A stretch of 64,000 bases of DNA from a virus (IMGVR_UViG_3300031555_004037), one strand, 5' to 3'; positions 46,912 to 56,855 are shown, counted from the first letter of the stretch. Numbers and translations: made by a program. The notes: generated by a model not told the origin, from the letters alone.

Positions 46912-46958
46912 AAGAACTACAATATCTTTTTATAGATTATTGTAGTTCTTATTTTTTA
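46912..46958 (+). terminator. rho-independent terminator (13-bp perfect stem)
   Basis: AAGAACTACAATA...TATTGTAGTTCTT then ATTTTTT. Confidence 0.75.
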
Positions 46959-46961
46959 AAA

Positions 46962-46980
46962 TTAAGGACTATTTAATAAT
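46962..46980 (+). promoter_or_regulatory. conserved intergenic motif TTAAGGACTATTTAATAAT (copy 6)
   Basis: Immediately after the terminator; 130 bp upstream of the 47109 gene. Confidence 0.4.
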
Positions 46981-47108
46981 AAGAATATTAAAAATGAAAA
47001 AAAGTTACCTTTATTTAGATAATAAATAATAATATAATTATCATAAATACTACAATATAAATAATATGTTTGCAAAATTAAAAAAATATATAGAAAGGAA
47101 ATTAAACA

Positions 47109-48335
47109 ATGTATAATAAGACAAAAAAACATTTAGAAGACACAATGAAATTTGTTTTAATTTATAGTTATTGTACTGATAAAGAAGACGGACAAATTGC
47201 ATTAAATCAAAATGCCATTGGAAAATATTTAGGTCTTACTAAAATGACAATGATTAGACATTTCTCAAAGATGAGAGAATTAGGTTTAATTTCCATTAAA
47301 GATAAAACAAAATATACAACTAATAGTAATTCAAAGTGGTATTCAAATTTATATTCTGTAAATCAAGACGGAATAAATGAATACATTAAAAATAAGACTA
47401 ACTATGATGTATTAGATAACTTTGAAGAAGAATCAAAAGTATATTATGAATTTATGACATTGATTAAGACTTTATATAATGAGAAAAGATTATCCGAAAT
47501 GTCAGAAGAAGAAAAGGAATTAGAAATCAAGAAGATTGAAAAGAGAGAAAAGAGAGATAAAGAGAAATTAGATAATTTAAAGAATGAGAATAAGTATTAT
47601 TTAGATTTATTAAATGAAGTAAACAATGATATTATTCCTATGAATTATCTTAATGAAAATAGAAAAAGATTAACAAATGCGTTATGTGTAACCAAAAATC
47701 CAGAAATTCCTGGTCACGAAAATGATATGGTTAGAAAGAAAATGTTATCAAATTTCTTTAATACAGATAAAAATATAGTAGAATTTGATACAAATGCTAG
47801 TATTTATAGATTATCCTATGCTTTAGGAAATAATAAATTAGCAAACCATACAGACGATATATATAGATTAGTATTTAACGAATGTAATTTTAATGTATAT
47901 TGGGCAAAAACATTTAGAACTAATTTTAAAGAATTACTAATGCCTATATATATGAAAGAGGGTTCTATTGAATATACTTGTTTTGAATATAAAAAACAGC
48001 GTAGATGGAAATATTTTATCTCAAAAGAAATGGAAAAGAGATATAATTTCTATAAATATTTTGAAGATACCTTACAAATGGATTTAAAGGATATTTTAAC
48101 AACTGTTCAAAAGGCAATGCACAAGGTATTTAATATGGATAAATTCTATCAATCAAATATATTTATTCACGAATCTAATTTACATATTTTAATGTTAAAG
48201 AGATTTAAGGAATTAAATATTCAAACCATTGATGTATATGATGGATTTTATTTTATTGAGGGAACTATGACACAAGAATTATATAATGAAATTTATGATG
48301 ACGCATTAAATTCATTATTAGAAAATATGAGATAA
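47109..48335 (+). CDS. HTH-domain protein (possible DNA-binding regulator or initiator)
   Basis: N-terminal wHTH-like IGKYLGLTKMTMIRHFSKMRELGLISI; Lys/Glu-rich coiled coil. Confidence 0.35.
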   Translation: MYNKTKKHLEDTMKFVLIYSYCTDKEDGQIALNQNAIGKYLGLTKMTMIRHFSKMRELGLISIKDKTKYTTNSNSKWYSNLYSVNQDGINEYIKNKTNYDVLDNFEEESKVYYEFMTLIKTLYNEKRLSEMSEEEKELEIKKIEKREKRDKEKLDNLKNENKYYLDLLNEVNNDIIPMNYLNENRKRLTNALCVTKNPEIPGHENDMVRKKMLSNFFNTDKNIVEFDTNASIYRLSYALGNNKLANHTDDIYRLVFNECNFNVYWAKTFRTNFKELLMPIYMKEGSIEYTCFEYKKQRRWKYFISKEMEKRYNFYKYFEDTLQMDLKDILTTVQKAMHKVFNMDKFYQSNIFIHESNLHILMLKRFKELNIQTIDVYDGFYFIEGTMTQELYNEIYDDALNSLLENMR

Positions 48336-48348
48336 GAGGGAAATTATT

Positions 48349-48924
48349 ATGAAGTATAAATTTATAGGAAATGCTTATTTATTAGGGGTTAAATTAAATC
48401 AAGAAGAATTAATATTAGAATTTGAGAAAGAGAATGTAAGTTTAGCACAAGCAGTAAATTCTATTATTTTTGGTGTAAAGGGTAGAATTAAAACATATAC
48501 TGACTATACTAATTTTGTAGATGTAAATAGTTTTGTTATTTTAGACGGACAATTTTATTATGATGATATAAAATATGATATGTTTGAATTGCAAATTCCT
48601 AATACTATTGAGAAGATGGCAAAATTGAATAAGAATGGTACTTATACATTTTTTGAAATTCCAGAGAAAATTGAACAATTATATTATATGAAAGTCCTTA
48701 ATAAAAATACATTTAAAAAGGAAGAATATAAAAAAGCAACTATTGAAAATCATCATTTAGGACTATTCTATAATGATTATTTAACTTGTTGGAATTGGTA
48801 TCATTTGAATAAACAATTTAAATCTATGTATAATGAAAAATATCCTAAAAATTGGTTTAATTGGGATAGTAATAATAAAGTATATAGAATGTTTGATAAT
48901 GTTTTACAAGTTAAGGAAATTTAA
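48349..48924 (+). CDS. hypothetical protein
   Basis: 191-aa ORF with RBS AGAGGGAAATTATTATG. Confidence 0.4.
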   Translation: MKYKFIGNAYLLGVKLNQEELILEFEKENVSLAQAVNSIIFGVKGRIKTYTDYTNFVDVNSFVILDGQFYYDDIKYDMFELQIPNTIEKMAKLNKNGTYTFFEIPEKIEQLYYMKVLNKNTFKKEEYKKATIENHHLGLFYNDYLTCWNWYHLNKQFKSMYNEKYPKNWFNWDSNNKVYRMFDNVLQVKEI

Positions 48925-48929
48925 AATAT

Positions 48930-48957
48930 ATACAGAAAAATAAATTATTGATATAAT
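48930..48957 (+). promoter_or_regulatory. sigma-A-like promoter (ATACAG -16- TGaTATAAT)
   Basis: Same ATACA(A/G)-16-TATAAT architecture as at 13033. Confidence 0.4.
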
Positions 48958-48990
48958 AAATTTATATTTATAAGAAAGTAGGTAATTTAT

Positions 48991-49320
48991 ATGTCAAGAT
49001 TTATGCGTAAAAGTTATTATGAAGAATTAGTAATAGATATTCTTGATAATATTGAAGAGATTAAAGAAAATATAGAAATATATAAATATTATTTTCTAAA
49101 TGATTTAAAATATACTGATTCTAATTGGGTAGTTGTTCCATTAAAATTAAACACTTGGATAAAAGACACAATAAACGAATTGGTTATAATAACACCAAAA
49201 AATAAAGATTATAAAAAGATACAAAAAATGTATAATTTAGATGACATCTTTTTATATAATAATATAACTTATATGTGTACATTAAAATATAAAGATATGT
49301 ATTTAATTATACCCTATTAA
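48991..49320 (+). CDS. hypothetical protein
   Basis: 109-aa ORF. Confidence 0.35.
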   Translation: MSRFMRKSYYEELVIDILDNIEEIKENIEIYKYYFLNDLKYTDSNWVVVPLKLNTWIKDTINELVIITPKNKDYKKIQKMYNLDDIFLYNNITYMCTLKYKDMYLIIPY

Positions 49321-49352
49321 AGAGATGATTTTTAAGAAAGGAAATTAAAGTA

Positions 49353-51833
49353 ATGTTAGATTTAATTGCAAAAAACAAAGAAATGTTAGATGCAAAAGCA
49401 TATAATATAGCAGACACTCGTTTAATGATGAGAATTGCAAGTCTTAAAACTATAAATGATTATGATTTGTATTTAATTGCGTGTTGTTTATGTAATTATG
49501 ATATTGAAGAAAAATCAGATGCAAGAGAACTTCGTATGGAATATTTCCTTAAAACTAATAATGGTTCTATTGTTGGATTTGAACACGGAGAATCTGATTA
49601 TGGTATTGTTGGAAAATCTGATATTAAATGTACTAATACAGGTAATGTAAATAAATTTGGTTTATATGAATATGAAATCAATGTAAATAATAAAGACCTA
49701 GTTTCTGATTTATGGGAAAAGAAACCAAAGGATTGTCTTAAATATGTGGATAACAAAACCTATGAAGATAAACTTATTGTTTCTATTAGTAAATCTCAAT
49801 TAGATAATTTTATGGCTATGTTAGATGAATTAGTTATTGATTATGAAATTTCAGATTTACAAAAGGGTTTAATTTATACAAATAAATCAGGTAATGAATT
49901 GATTGATATTTCTACCTTAGATTTACCTTTTGAACCATATCAATATCAAATAGAAGACGCTAAAAGATTAGTAAGTAAAAAAAGAGCATTACTAGGACAC
50001 GATATGGGCTGTGTATCAGGAAATAGTATAGTTCGTATTAAAGAAAGAGGAAAAAAAGCAACACGAGAAATAACCGTTTCTAATTTATTTAATTTGTTTG
50101 AAGAAGATAATACTATTCAAATTAAATGTTTAGTAAATGGAAGATTTGCTTATATGCCTATCAAAGCAGTAATTGATAAGGGTGTTCGTGATACTATTAG
50201 ATTAGTTACAAAAGATACTAGACTTGAATGTACTACTGACCACGAAATTTATACAGAAAAGGGTTGGGTAGAATCAAAAGATTTACAAGTTGGAGATTAT
50301 ATTGTTACAAATGAATTTGGAATTGATATACCTAATCATTTGATTAATTCGATTAAAAACAATATTGATGTTAATAAAACAATTAATGAAAACTGTGATT
50401 ATATATATACATCAAAAGTAGGTATTTCAGAAATTATTAGCATAGAAACTTGTGATACTCAACAAGTTTATGATATTGCTATTGACGATGTAGAAATTCA
50501 TAATTTTGTTTGTAATAATATTGTTGTTCATAATTGTGGAAAGACCTTAATTTCAATTTTAATTGGTCAAAGTTTAGATATGCCTAAATTAGTAATTTGT
50601 CCAGAGTCATTAAGATTAAATTGGTTAAGAGAAATTAAACAAGTTAAAAATGACGCAGATGTACAAATTTTATTAAGTAATGAAACACCTCATTTTGGAG
50701 AAGATTGGACAATAGTTGGTTATCAAACTGCAAGTAAATTTATTGATAATTTAATGAAATTTGAGTGTATCTTTGTAGATGAATGTCACAACTGTAAGGC
50801 TGTAAATAATTGGGGAAAACCGTCAAGTAAGAGAGCCGATGCAGTAATTACATTGGCAAATAATGCAGAGTATTGTTATTTATTATCTGGTACTCCAATG
50901 CCATCACATAATAAAGATTTATTCAATATTCTTAAAATGTTAAAATGTGAAGCATTTGATTTTAATAATAAATGGGCATTTAAGAATTATGCAGATAAAT
51001 ATTGTGACCCTAAAGAAACATATTTTGGTATGGACTATTCTGGTAATAGTAATTCAGATATGTTACACGGATTATTAAATAAACTAATGATACGAAGATT
51101 AAAGAAAGATGTATTACCACATTTAACAAAGCAAAGACAGTTTATTCCTATTGCACCAAAATTCAAAAAGGAATATATGGATATTGAAAAAAGATTATAT
51201 TTTCCTGAACCAGACGATACTTATATGGGATTGGCTATGACAGGAAGAAAATTATCTAGTCAATATAAAGTACAAACTGCTATTGAATTAGCAGAATCTT
51301 TAATTAATTCTGATGAAAGTGTAGTTATTGTTACAAACTTTATTGAAACAGCAGATATATTAAAAAATCATTTTAAAGATAAGGCTTGTGAAATTCGTGG
51401 TGGTATGAGTGATAAAGATAAGCAAAAAGCCATTGATGATTTTCAAAGTAAAAAGAAAACTGTATGTATATTAAATATGATGGCTGGTGGTGTTGGTATT
51501 ACTTTAACAGCAGCACATACAATGATAATGGTTGATTATGCTTGGTTGCCATCAGATATGACACAGGTAGAAGATAGAATTTGTCGTAGTGGTCAGACAG
51601 AGAATTGTATGATTTATTATATTTATTGTGAAAATTCTATTTTAGATAATATATTTATTGAGATGATTTCTGATAAATCAGCAAATATAGACGCAGTTGT
51701 AGATAATGTAGAAAACACATTTAATTTAAGTGAGGAAAAGTTAGCCAATTCAACTTATATTGATTTACTTAAATCAAAGATTAAAGAAACTAAACCAAAG
51801 GCAAAGCGTGGCAGAAAAAAGAAGACTGAATAA
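49353..51833 (+). CDS. SNF2/Rad54-family helicase with a mini-intein inside the Walker A motif
   Basis: Host motif DMG|CGKT split by the intein; DExH box VDECHNCK; motif VI QVEDRICRSGQT; remaining helicase motifs intact. Confidence 0.8.
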   Translation: MLDLIAKNKEMLDAKAYNIADTRLMMRIASLKTINDYDLYLIACCLCNYDIEEKSDARELRMEYFLKTNNGSIVGFEHGESDYGIVGKSDIKCTNTGNVNKFGLYEYEINVNNKDLVSDLWEKKPKDCLKYVDNKTYEDKLIVSISKSQLDNFMAMLDELVIDYEISDLQKGLIYTNKSGNELIDISTLDLPFEPYQYQIEDAKRLVSKKRALLGHDMGCVSGNSIVRIKERGKKATREITVSNLFNLFEEDNTIQIKCLVNGRFAYMPIKAVIDKGVRDTIRLVTKDTRLECTTDHEIYTEKGWVESKDLQVGDYIVTNEFGIDIPNHLINSIKNNIDVNKTINENCDYIYTSKVGISEIISIETCDTQQVYDIAIDDVEIHNFVCNNIVVHNCGKTLISILIGQSLDMPKLVICPESLRLNWLREIKQVKNDADVQILLSNETPHFGEDWTIVGYQTASKFIDNLMKFECIFVDECHNCKAVNNWGKPSSKRADAVITLANNAEYCYLLSGTPMPSHNKDLFNILKMLKCEAFDFNNKWAFKNYADKYCDPKETYFGMDYSGNSNSDMLHGLLNKLMIRRLKKDVLPHLTKQRQFIPIAPKFKKEYMDIEKRLYFPEPDDTYMGLAMTGRKLSSQYKVQTAIELAESLINSDESVVIVTNFIETADILKNHFKDKACEIRGGMSDKDKQKAIDDFQSKKKTVCILNMMAGGVGITLTAAHTMIMVDYAWLPSDMTQVEDRICRSGQTENCMIYYIYCENSILDNIFIEMISDKSANIDAVVDNVENTFNLSEEKLANSTYIDLLKSKIKETKPKAKRGRKKKTE
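50010..50534 (+). mobile_element. mini-intein (175 aa, no endonuclease domain) in the SNF2 helicase P-loop
   Basis: Begins CVSGNSIV, block B TTDHEIYT, ends VYDIAIDDVEIHNFVCNNIVVHN followed by +1 Cys (CGKT); excision would restore DMGCGKT. Confidence 0.75.
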
Positions 51834-51834
51834 T

Positions 51835-51855
51835 GTAGTGCTATTTAATTATAAT
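51835..51855 (+). promoter_or_regulatory. conserved intergenic motif GTAGTGCTATTTAATTATAAT (copy 5, AGTGCT core)
   Basis: 2 nt after the SNF2 stop, abutting the RBS of the next gene. Confidence 0.45.
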
Positions 51856-51869
51856 AAGGAGATTATATT

Positions 51870-52718
51870 ATGGAAGAAAATAAAAACAATATATTAGACG
51901 AAAAGACTAATAAAATTGGTAAAGTCACAATTATTGTAGTTGGTGTTATTTTTACTATTATTTTTCTTGTAGTTGGTATTTATTATATTAACAAATATAA
52001 TGAAGCACAAAAAGCAATTAAAGAAGCACAACAATCAATTTATGCAATAAATCCAACAGAAGAACAAACTACTGAAACCAATAATACTACTACAAGTGAT
52101 ATTACAACTGTTGTAGAAACAGAAAATACAACAGAAACAACTGTTGTAGAATTACCTGAATATACATTTAATGTTGGGGAAGATGCAAATGCAGATAGAA
52201 CTGATATTGATTGGACTAATATTTCTATTGATGGAAAAATGGTAACATTTCCTTGTACCTATAGTGTATTACAACAAACATTTGGTACATTCTATACAAC
52301 TGATACAGTTGGTAGAGTGGATAAAGAAGTTATACCAAGTGAAATTGGATTAGTTACAAAATATACAGTAAAAGTAACTCCAACAACAGGAACAGGACTT
52401 ATTTATTTTATATTTACTGCTGACGAGCCTACTGAATTAACAAATTGTTTATGTACAGGTGTATCAGTAAGTTCTATGTCTACATCTAATGCACCTTTAA
52501 TTACAACAACATTAAGAGGTGGTATTCATTTTGGTAGTACAGCCGAAGAAATTTTAGACCCTAATGCTTATGAAAAAATAACAGAGAGTTATTCAAATAA
52601 GGGTGGAGATTTTGAAATTCATTATAAGAAATTAGGATATGAAATGAGTTTTTATGGTATAAATGGTGGTTTATATTCATTTGAATTTGATTTCAATGCC
52701 TACGAACCAAATAATTAA
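51870..52718 (+). CDS. membrane-anchored Thr-rich protein
   Basis: N-terminal TM VTIIVVGVIFTIIFLVVGIYYI; Thr-rich linker. Confidence 0.45.
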   Translation: MEENKNNILDEKTNKIGKVTIIVVGVIFTIIFLVVGIYYINKYNEAQKAIKEAQQSIYAINPTEEQTTETNNTTTSDITTVVETENTTETTVVELPEYTFNVGEDANADRTDIDWTNISIDGKMVTFPCTYSVLQQTFGTFYTTDTVGRVDKEVIPSEIGLVTKYTVKVTPTTGTGLIYFIFTADEPTELTNCLCTGVSVSSMSTSNAPLITTTLRGGIHFGSTAEEILDPNAYEKITESYSNKGGDFEIHYKKLGYEMSFYGINGGLYSFEFDFNAYEPNN

Positions 52719-52736
52719 AAAGGAGAGTGAGTATTC

Positions 52737-53861
52737 GTGATTAAGGGAATTATTAAAATGATTATTGTTGCCTTAATATTTCTAGGATTATTATGGTTAG
52801 GCGGGTACTCATTTTCATCTTTTCAACATTCAATAGACCTTAAAAATCCAGGAGAGGTTTATGAGCCATTAATAGATGAATTACCCGATTTGCCTAATGT
52901 AGATGTTCCAGATTTACCAGATGTGGAAGACCCATTAGTATCAAATGATGATAATAATTCAGAAGTTGCATCTGATACAGATACAAATTTACCAAATGTA
53001 GATATTCCAGATATTAGTGATTATCCTACTGAATTAGAGCCAGTAGATGTAAATTTACCACAAGCAGGAAAAGGCGAGTTAAGTGAAATCGAATTATCTA
53101 CTACAAGAAATATTAAATTAACAATAAATGGACAATCAATAGAATTAACTTCTACAACTACTGCAAAATTTGTTAAATGGTTAGCAACAAATTATAATGA
53201 AGACGAAGAAGTTGAATTTGAAGAATTAGCACCTATTGATGAAGAAACAAGTAGTGAAGAAACTAAAAATCAAATAGAATATGAAACTGTATTAACCTCA
53301 AAAGAAGATTTAGATACAATAGTTGCTACAATAACAACTGTTGAAAAATTAGAAGAATTAGATGGTTATGATAGAAATGAATATGAAAAACCAGTACAAT
53401 CTTATGAATTAAATGGGGAAACATATAATAGAAATGATTATTCTTGGAAGAATAGTGAATTTTTAATTAGTGAAGAACCATTTGAATATATTTGTCCTTA
53501 TACAGGAGAAACAATTACTGATGAAAGTAAATTAGATTTTGACCATATTGTTCCTTTAAAATCTACATATTTAAGGGGTGCTGATAAATGGACACAAGAG
53601 CAGAAAAATGAATATGCTTATGACCAATCAATAGGTATAGATGTATTAAATTCTGCAAATAGAAGTAAATCAGATAAAGGTCCTACTGAATGGTTGCCTA
53701 CTGAAAATATAGAAGATTATTGTTATAGTTGGATATATATTTGTAGTAAATATAATTTAGTTATGACCGAAGAAGAATTAGAAATTTGTATGGATGAGAT
53801 AAATACAGCATTAAACAATGGAGAAACAATTCAATTATTAGGAATTGTAAATATACAATAA
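52737..53861 (+). CDS. membrane-anchored protein with C-terminal His-Me finger (DUF1524/HNH-like) nuclease domain
   Basis: N-terminal TM; acidic Pro-rich linker; LDFDHIVPLKSTY...NSANRSKSDKGPTEW matches the D-H-x-x-P ... N ... K-x-D-K pattern of DUF1524-type nucleases. Confidence 0.4.
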   Translation: MIKGIIKMIIVALIFLGLLWLGGYSFSSFQHSIDLKNPGEVYEPLIDELPDLPNVDVPDLPDVEDPLVSNDDNNSEVASDTDTNLPNVDIPDISDYPTELEPVDVNLPQAGKGELSEIELSTTRNIKLTINGQSIELTSTTTAKFVKWLATNYNEDEEVEFEELAPIDEETSSEETKNQIEYETVLTSKEDLDTIVATITTVEKLEELDGYDRNEYEKPVQSYELNGETYNRNDYSWKNSEFLISEEPFEYICPYTGETITDESKLDFDHIVPLKSTYLRGADKWTQEQKNEYAYDQSIGIDVLNSANRSKSDKGPTEWLPTENIEDYCYSWIYICSKYNLVMTEEELEICMDEINTALNNGETIQLLGIVNIQ

Positions 53862-53875
53862 GGGGGAATTTAATA

Positions 53876-54634
53876 ATGAATACATTAGATAAAATGAAAT
53901 TCATTACAATATTTGTGGATGTGATAAAATATGATAAAAAAGTTCCTTGTAGTATGTCAGAAGTAGATGCTATTATTCCTTTAATTAAAGAAGATTATCT
54001 TAATAATTGGGAAAAGTATTTATATCATCAATCAGGATTACCAGAATTTGAAGATGAAGATGCTTGGGATGATTGGTATGATAATTTAGATTTTGAAGAT
54101 TTAGATGAAAGAGATATTAGACGTTATGATTTACCTACTGACAAAATTCAAGTAGAATTAGAAAATTCAAATATTTTAATGAGTAATATTCATAAAGTTG
54201 TAAAAGAATTTTTTAATGACGCTACTGATATTGTAAATAGTGATAAAAAAGAAAATCCTAAAAATTTCCATTTTTCATATTCAATGGATAGACAAGGTGT
54301 ATTTGCAGAAATTGGTGCAAATAATATAAGAAGTGGAAATAAGACTTATAAGCAATTAAAAGATAGATTTGATTTACTTATTAAGGATATTGATAAAGCA
54401 GTTGCCGATTATAATAAAGTATCAAAAAATAATACATTTTTGGCTATACTACCTAATAAGGATAAATATAGTAGTGTAAACACAATTCCAGGATATGAAT
54501 TAAGTAGAGAATTTGGATTTACTTCGGTACACTTAAATTCTTCTAATTCAGACGATGACGACTTTAATTCTTATTATTCTGAATTTGGTAATAAGATTTT
54601 TAGTATTATAAAAGACGAAAATAGTTTTAATTAA
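53876..54634 (+). CDS. hypothetical protein
   Basis: 252-aa ORF with RBS GGGGGAATTTAATAATG. Confidence 0.4.
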   Translation: MNTLDKMKFITIFVDVIKYDKKVPCSMSEVDAIIPLIKEDYLNNWEKYLYHQSGLPEFEDEDAWDDWYDNLDFEDLDERDIRRYDLPTDKIQVELENSNILMSNIHKVVKEFFNDATDIVNSDKKENPKNFHFSYSMDRQGVFAEIGANNIRSGNKTYKQLKDRFDLLIKDIDKAVADYNKVSKNNTFLAILPNKDKYSSVNTIPGYELSREFGFTSVHLNSSNSDDDDFNSYYSEFGNKIFSIIKDENSFN

Positions 54635-54654
54635 GAAAGGAAATTAAAAAACAG

Positions 54655-54825
54655 ATGAGAAATAGTGGAAGAAAGCCAACAAGAGAAGAGCGTAAATATA
54701 TCGAGGGAGCTGGACTTGATACTTGGGTATGGTTAGTACAGAAAAATACAACTGATTTTATGCAAGTAATCAATAAAGAAACCAATGAAGAATTTACGAT
54801 TGATAAGTCTACTATTGAAATTTAA
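54655..54825 (+). CDS. small hypothetical protein (56 aa; not in ORF track)
   Basis: AGAAAGGAAATT upstream; followed by a clear terminator. Confidence 0.3.
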   Translation: MRNSGRKPTREERKYIEGAGLDTWVWLVQKNTTDFMQVINKETNEEFTIDKSTIEI

Positions 54826-54831
54826 AAATGA

Positions 54832-54872
54832 GTGCCTATTATAAGTATTTTCTTATGTAGGCACTTTGTTTT
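54832..54872 (+). terminator. rho-independent terminator
   Basis: GTGCCTA...TAGGCAC then TTTGTTTT. Confidence 0.65.
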
Positions 54873-54896
54873 ATATAAAACAGTTATAAAAATTAT

Positions 54897-54924
54897 TTAC
54901 AAATTTGTTAAATTGTGTTATAAT
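54897..54924 (+). promoter_or_regulatory. sigma-A-like promoter TTACAA -16- TGtTATAAT
   Basis: -35 54897-54902; extended -10 TGTGTTATAAT ending at 54924; upstream of ligase N-terminal gene. Confidence 0.5.
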
Positions 54925-54958
54925 GAATATAAATTAAACTTGGAGGTAATTATATATA

Positions 54959-56053
54959 ATGAACAAAGAACAGTATATTGAAGCGATTAAGCAGTTAAAT
55001 TATTACACAAAGAAATATGATGAAGGTAATCCAGAAATCTCTGATGAAGAGTGGGATAATTTATATTTCAGTTGTATTGAATTTGAAAATGAAACAGGTT
55101 ATATTGACGAAAATTCTCCGTCAGCAACAATTCAGTTTGATGTGGTAAATTCTTTAAAGAAAGTAACACATTCACATCCTATGTTATCATTGGATAAGAC
55201 CAAAGATGTTAAGGAAATTGAAAAGTTTGTAAAGAAGAGTCCTTGTATTGTTATGGCAAAAATGGACGGACTTACTTGTTCTTTAACATATAAGAATGGA
55301 AAGTTAGTTTCAGCAGAAACTAGAGGTAATGGTGTTGTAGGAGAAGATATTCTTCATAATGCAAAGACTATTAAATCTATTCCACAGACTATTGATTGTT
55401 TAGATGAAATTATTATTGACGGAGAAGTAATTTGTACTTATAAGGACTTTGAAGAGTTTTCTAATGAGTATAAAAATCCTAGAAACTTTGCATCTGGTTC
55501 AATTAGATTAATTGACCCTAATGAATGTGCAAAGCGTAAGTTGACTTTTGTTGCTTGGGATATTATTTCAACTGATGTAGATTTTACTGAAAAACTTTCA
55601 ATGCTTAACAAGTTTGGATTTGTTGTAGTACCTTATCAGGCTGTTGTTATGGATAATCTTGAAAAACAGCAGAAAGAAATGAAAGATTATTGTGCTACAA
55701 TGAGTTATCCTATTGACGGACTTGTGTATCGTATCAATGACCAAAAGGTATGGAATGAGCAGGGAAAAACAGAACATCATTTTTGTGGTTCATACGCATT
55801 TAAGTTCTATGACGAAATGTATGAAACCACTTTAATTGATATTGAATGGTCTGTTGGTAAAACTGGTTTAGTAACACCAGTAGCAATTTTTGAACCTGTT
55901 GAAATTGACGGTACAACAGTACAGAGAGCGTCACTTCATAATCTTACTATTATGGAAGAAGTTCTTGGCACACCTTATGTGGGTCAGAAGATTTGGGTAT
56001 TTAAAGCAAATATGATTATTCCACAGGTAGCAAAGGCAGAGAAAATTTCATAG
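54959..56053 (+). CDS. ligA: NAD-dependent DNA ligase, N-terminal fragment (adenylation + OB domains only)
   Basis: KxDG adenylation motif AKMDGLTCSL; OB-fold end NMIIPQV ~ LigA GDVIPQV; ORF stops exactly at the OB/Zn-finger junction. Confidence 0.8.
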   Translation: MNKEQYIEAIKQLNYYTKKYDEGNPEISDEEWDNLYFSCIEFENETGYIDENSPSATIQFDVVNSLKKVTHSHPMLSLDKTKDVKEIEKFVKKSPCIVMAKMDGLTCSLTYKNGKLVSAETRGNGVVGEDILHNAKTIKSIPQTIDCLDEIIIDGEVICTYKDFEEFSNEYKNPRNFASGSIRLIDPNECAKRKLTFVAWDIISTDVDFTEKLSMLNKFGFVVVPYQAVVMDNLEKQQKEMKDYCATMSYPIDGLVYRINDQKVWNEQGKTEHHFCGSYAFKFYDEMYETTLIDIEWSVGKTGLVTPVAIFEPVEIDGTTVQRASLHNLTIMEEVLGTPYVGQKIWVFKANMIIPQVAKAEKIS

Positions 56054-56059
56054 AAAGGA

Positions 56060-56395
56060 ATGGAAATTATGAAAATACATCCAACAAAACAGAAAGTAAT
56101 TGATAGTATTATAACTTTTATTAGTCAATATGATGAAATTACAAAGATGGTTATTTTTGGAGATGTATTAGAAGAGAATATTTCCGAAGATACTTTTATA
56201 GATATTGCAATCAAAACAATTACAGAAGAATTAGCATTAGATGATGAATTTGCTTATAATATTGTAAAAGAGATTGATGATATTACAGACGGAAAATTTA
56301 GTTTTATCATAATGAATGAACCTAATATTAGTTCTAATACAATGGAATTAATTGAAAGGGGAATTACTGTTTATGAAAAGGCAAAAGAAATCTGA
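56060..56395 (+). CDS. nucleotidyltransferase-fold (MNT-like) protein inside the ligase split
   Basis: MVIFGDVLEENISEDTFIDIAI resembles the Pol-beta NTase hG[GS]...D-h-D-h motif (degenerate). Confidence 0.35.
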   Translation: MEIMKIHPTKQKVIDSIITFISQYDEITKMVIFGDVLEENISEDTFIDIAIKTITEELALDDEFAYNIVKEIDDITDGKFSFIIMNEPNISSNTMELIERGITVYEKAKEI

Positions 56396-56849
56396 TTTAG
56401 AATTAAAAGAACAAGGACTACTTTTAATACGAAATGGGTTAAAGGCTTATGAAATTGGAGAGCCTTTACTTACAGATTATAATACTAAAGAAGAAAAAAC
56501 AAAAGCAGATAGTGCTAATAAAAATTGGGGTTGTTATATGACACAACAATCCATTGAATTAATTATAAAGGGTTTAATTAAGTATTATGGTTGGAATTTT
56601 AGAGATGGTCATTTTATTAGTGGTAATGCTAAAATTCTATCTGAATTATCAGAAAGAAATTCCATCTTACGACAATTAGATGATACCCTTTATACACTAC
56701 AATCTAAATTTAGTTATGTCTTATATAAATGGGCTACTATTGGTAGATATGTTGATTTATATGTTTATGCTAAAAATATTGAAACAGCATTAGAACTAAA
56801 TAAAGATTTATATGATTTTATTCATAGAAATCATTTATTAGATGAATAA
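56352..56849 (+). CDS. hypothetical protein overlapping the NTase-like gene (possible HEPN-like partner; start may be 56373)
   Basis: 23-44 nt overlap with upstream ORF; C-terminal FIHRNHLLDE; pairing by analogy to MNT/HEPN modules, weak. Confidence 0.3.
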   Translation: MKGELLFMKRQKKSDLELKEQGLLLIRNGLKAYEIGEPLLTDYNTKEEKTKADSANKNWGCYMTQQSIELIIKGLIKYYGWNFRDGHFISGNAKILSELSERNSILRQLDDTLYTLQSKFSYVLYKWATIGRYVDLYVYAKNIETALELNKDLYDFIHRNHLLDE

Positions 56850-56855
56850 AATTAT

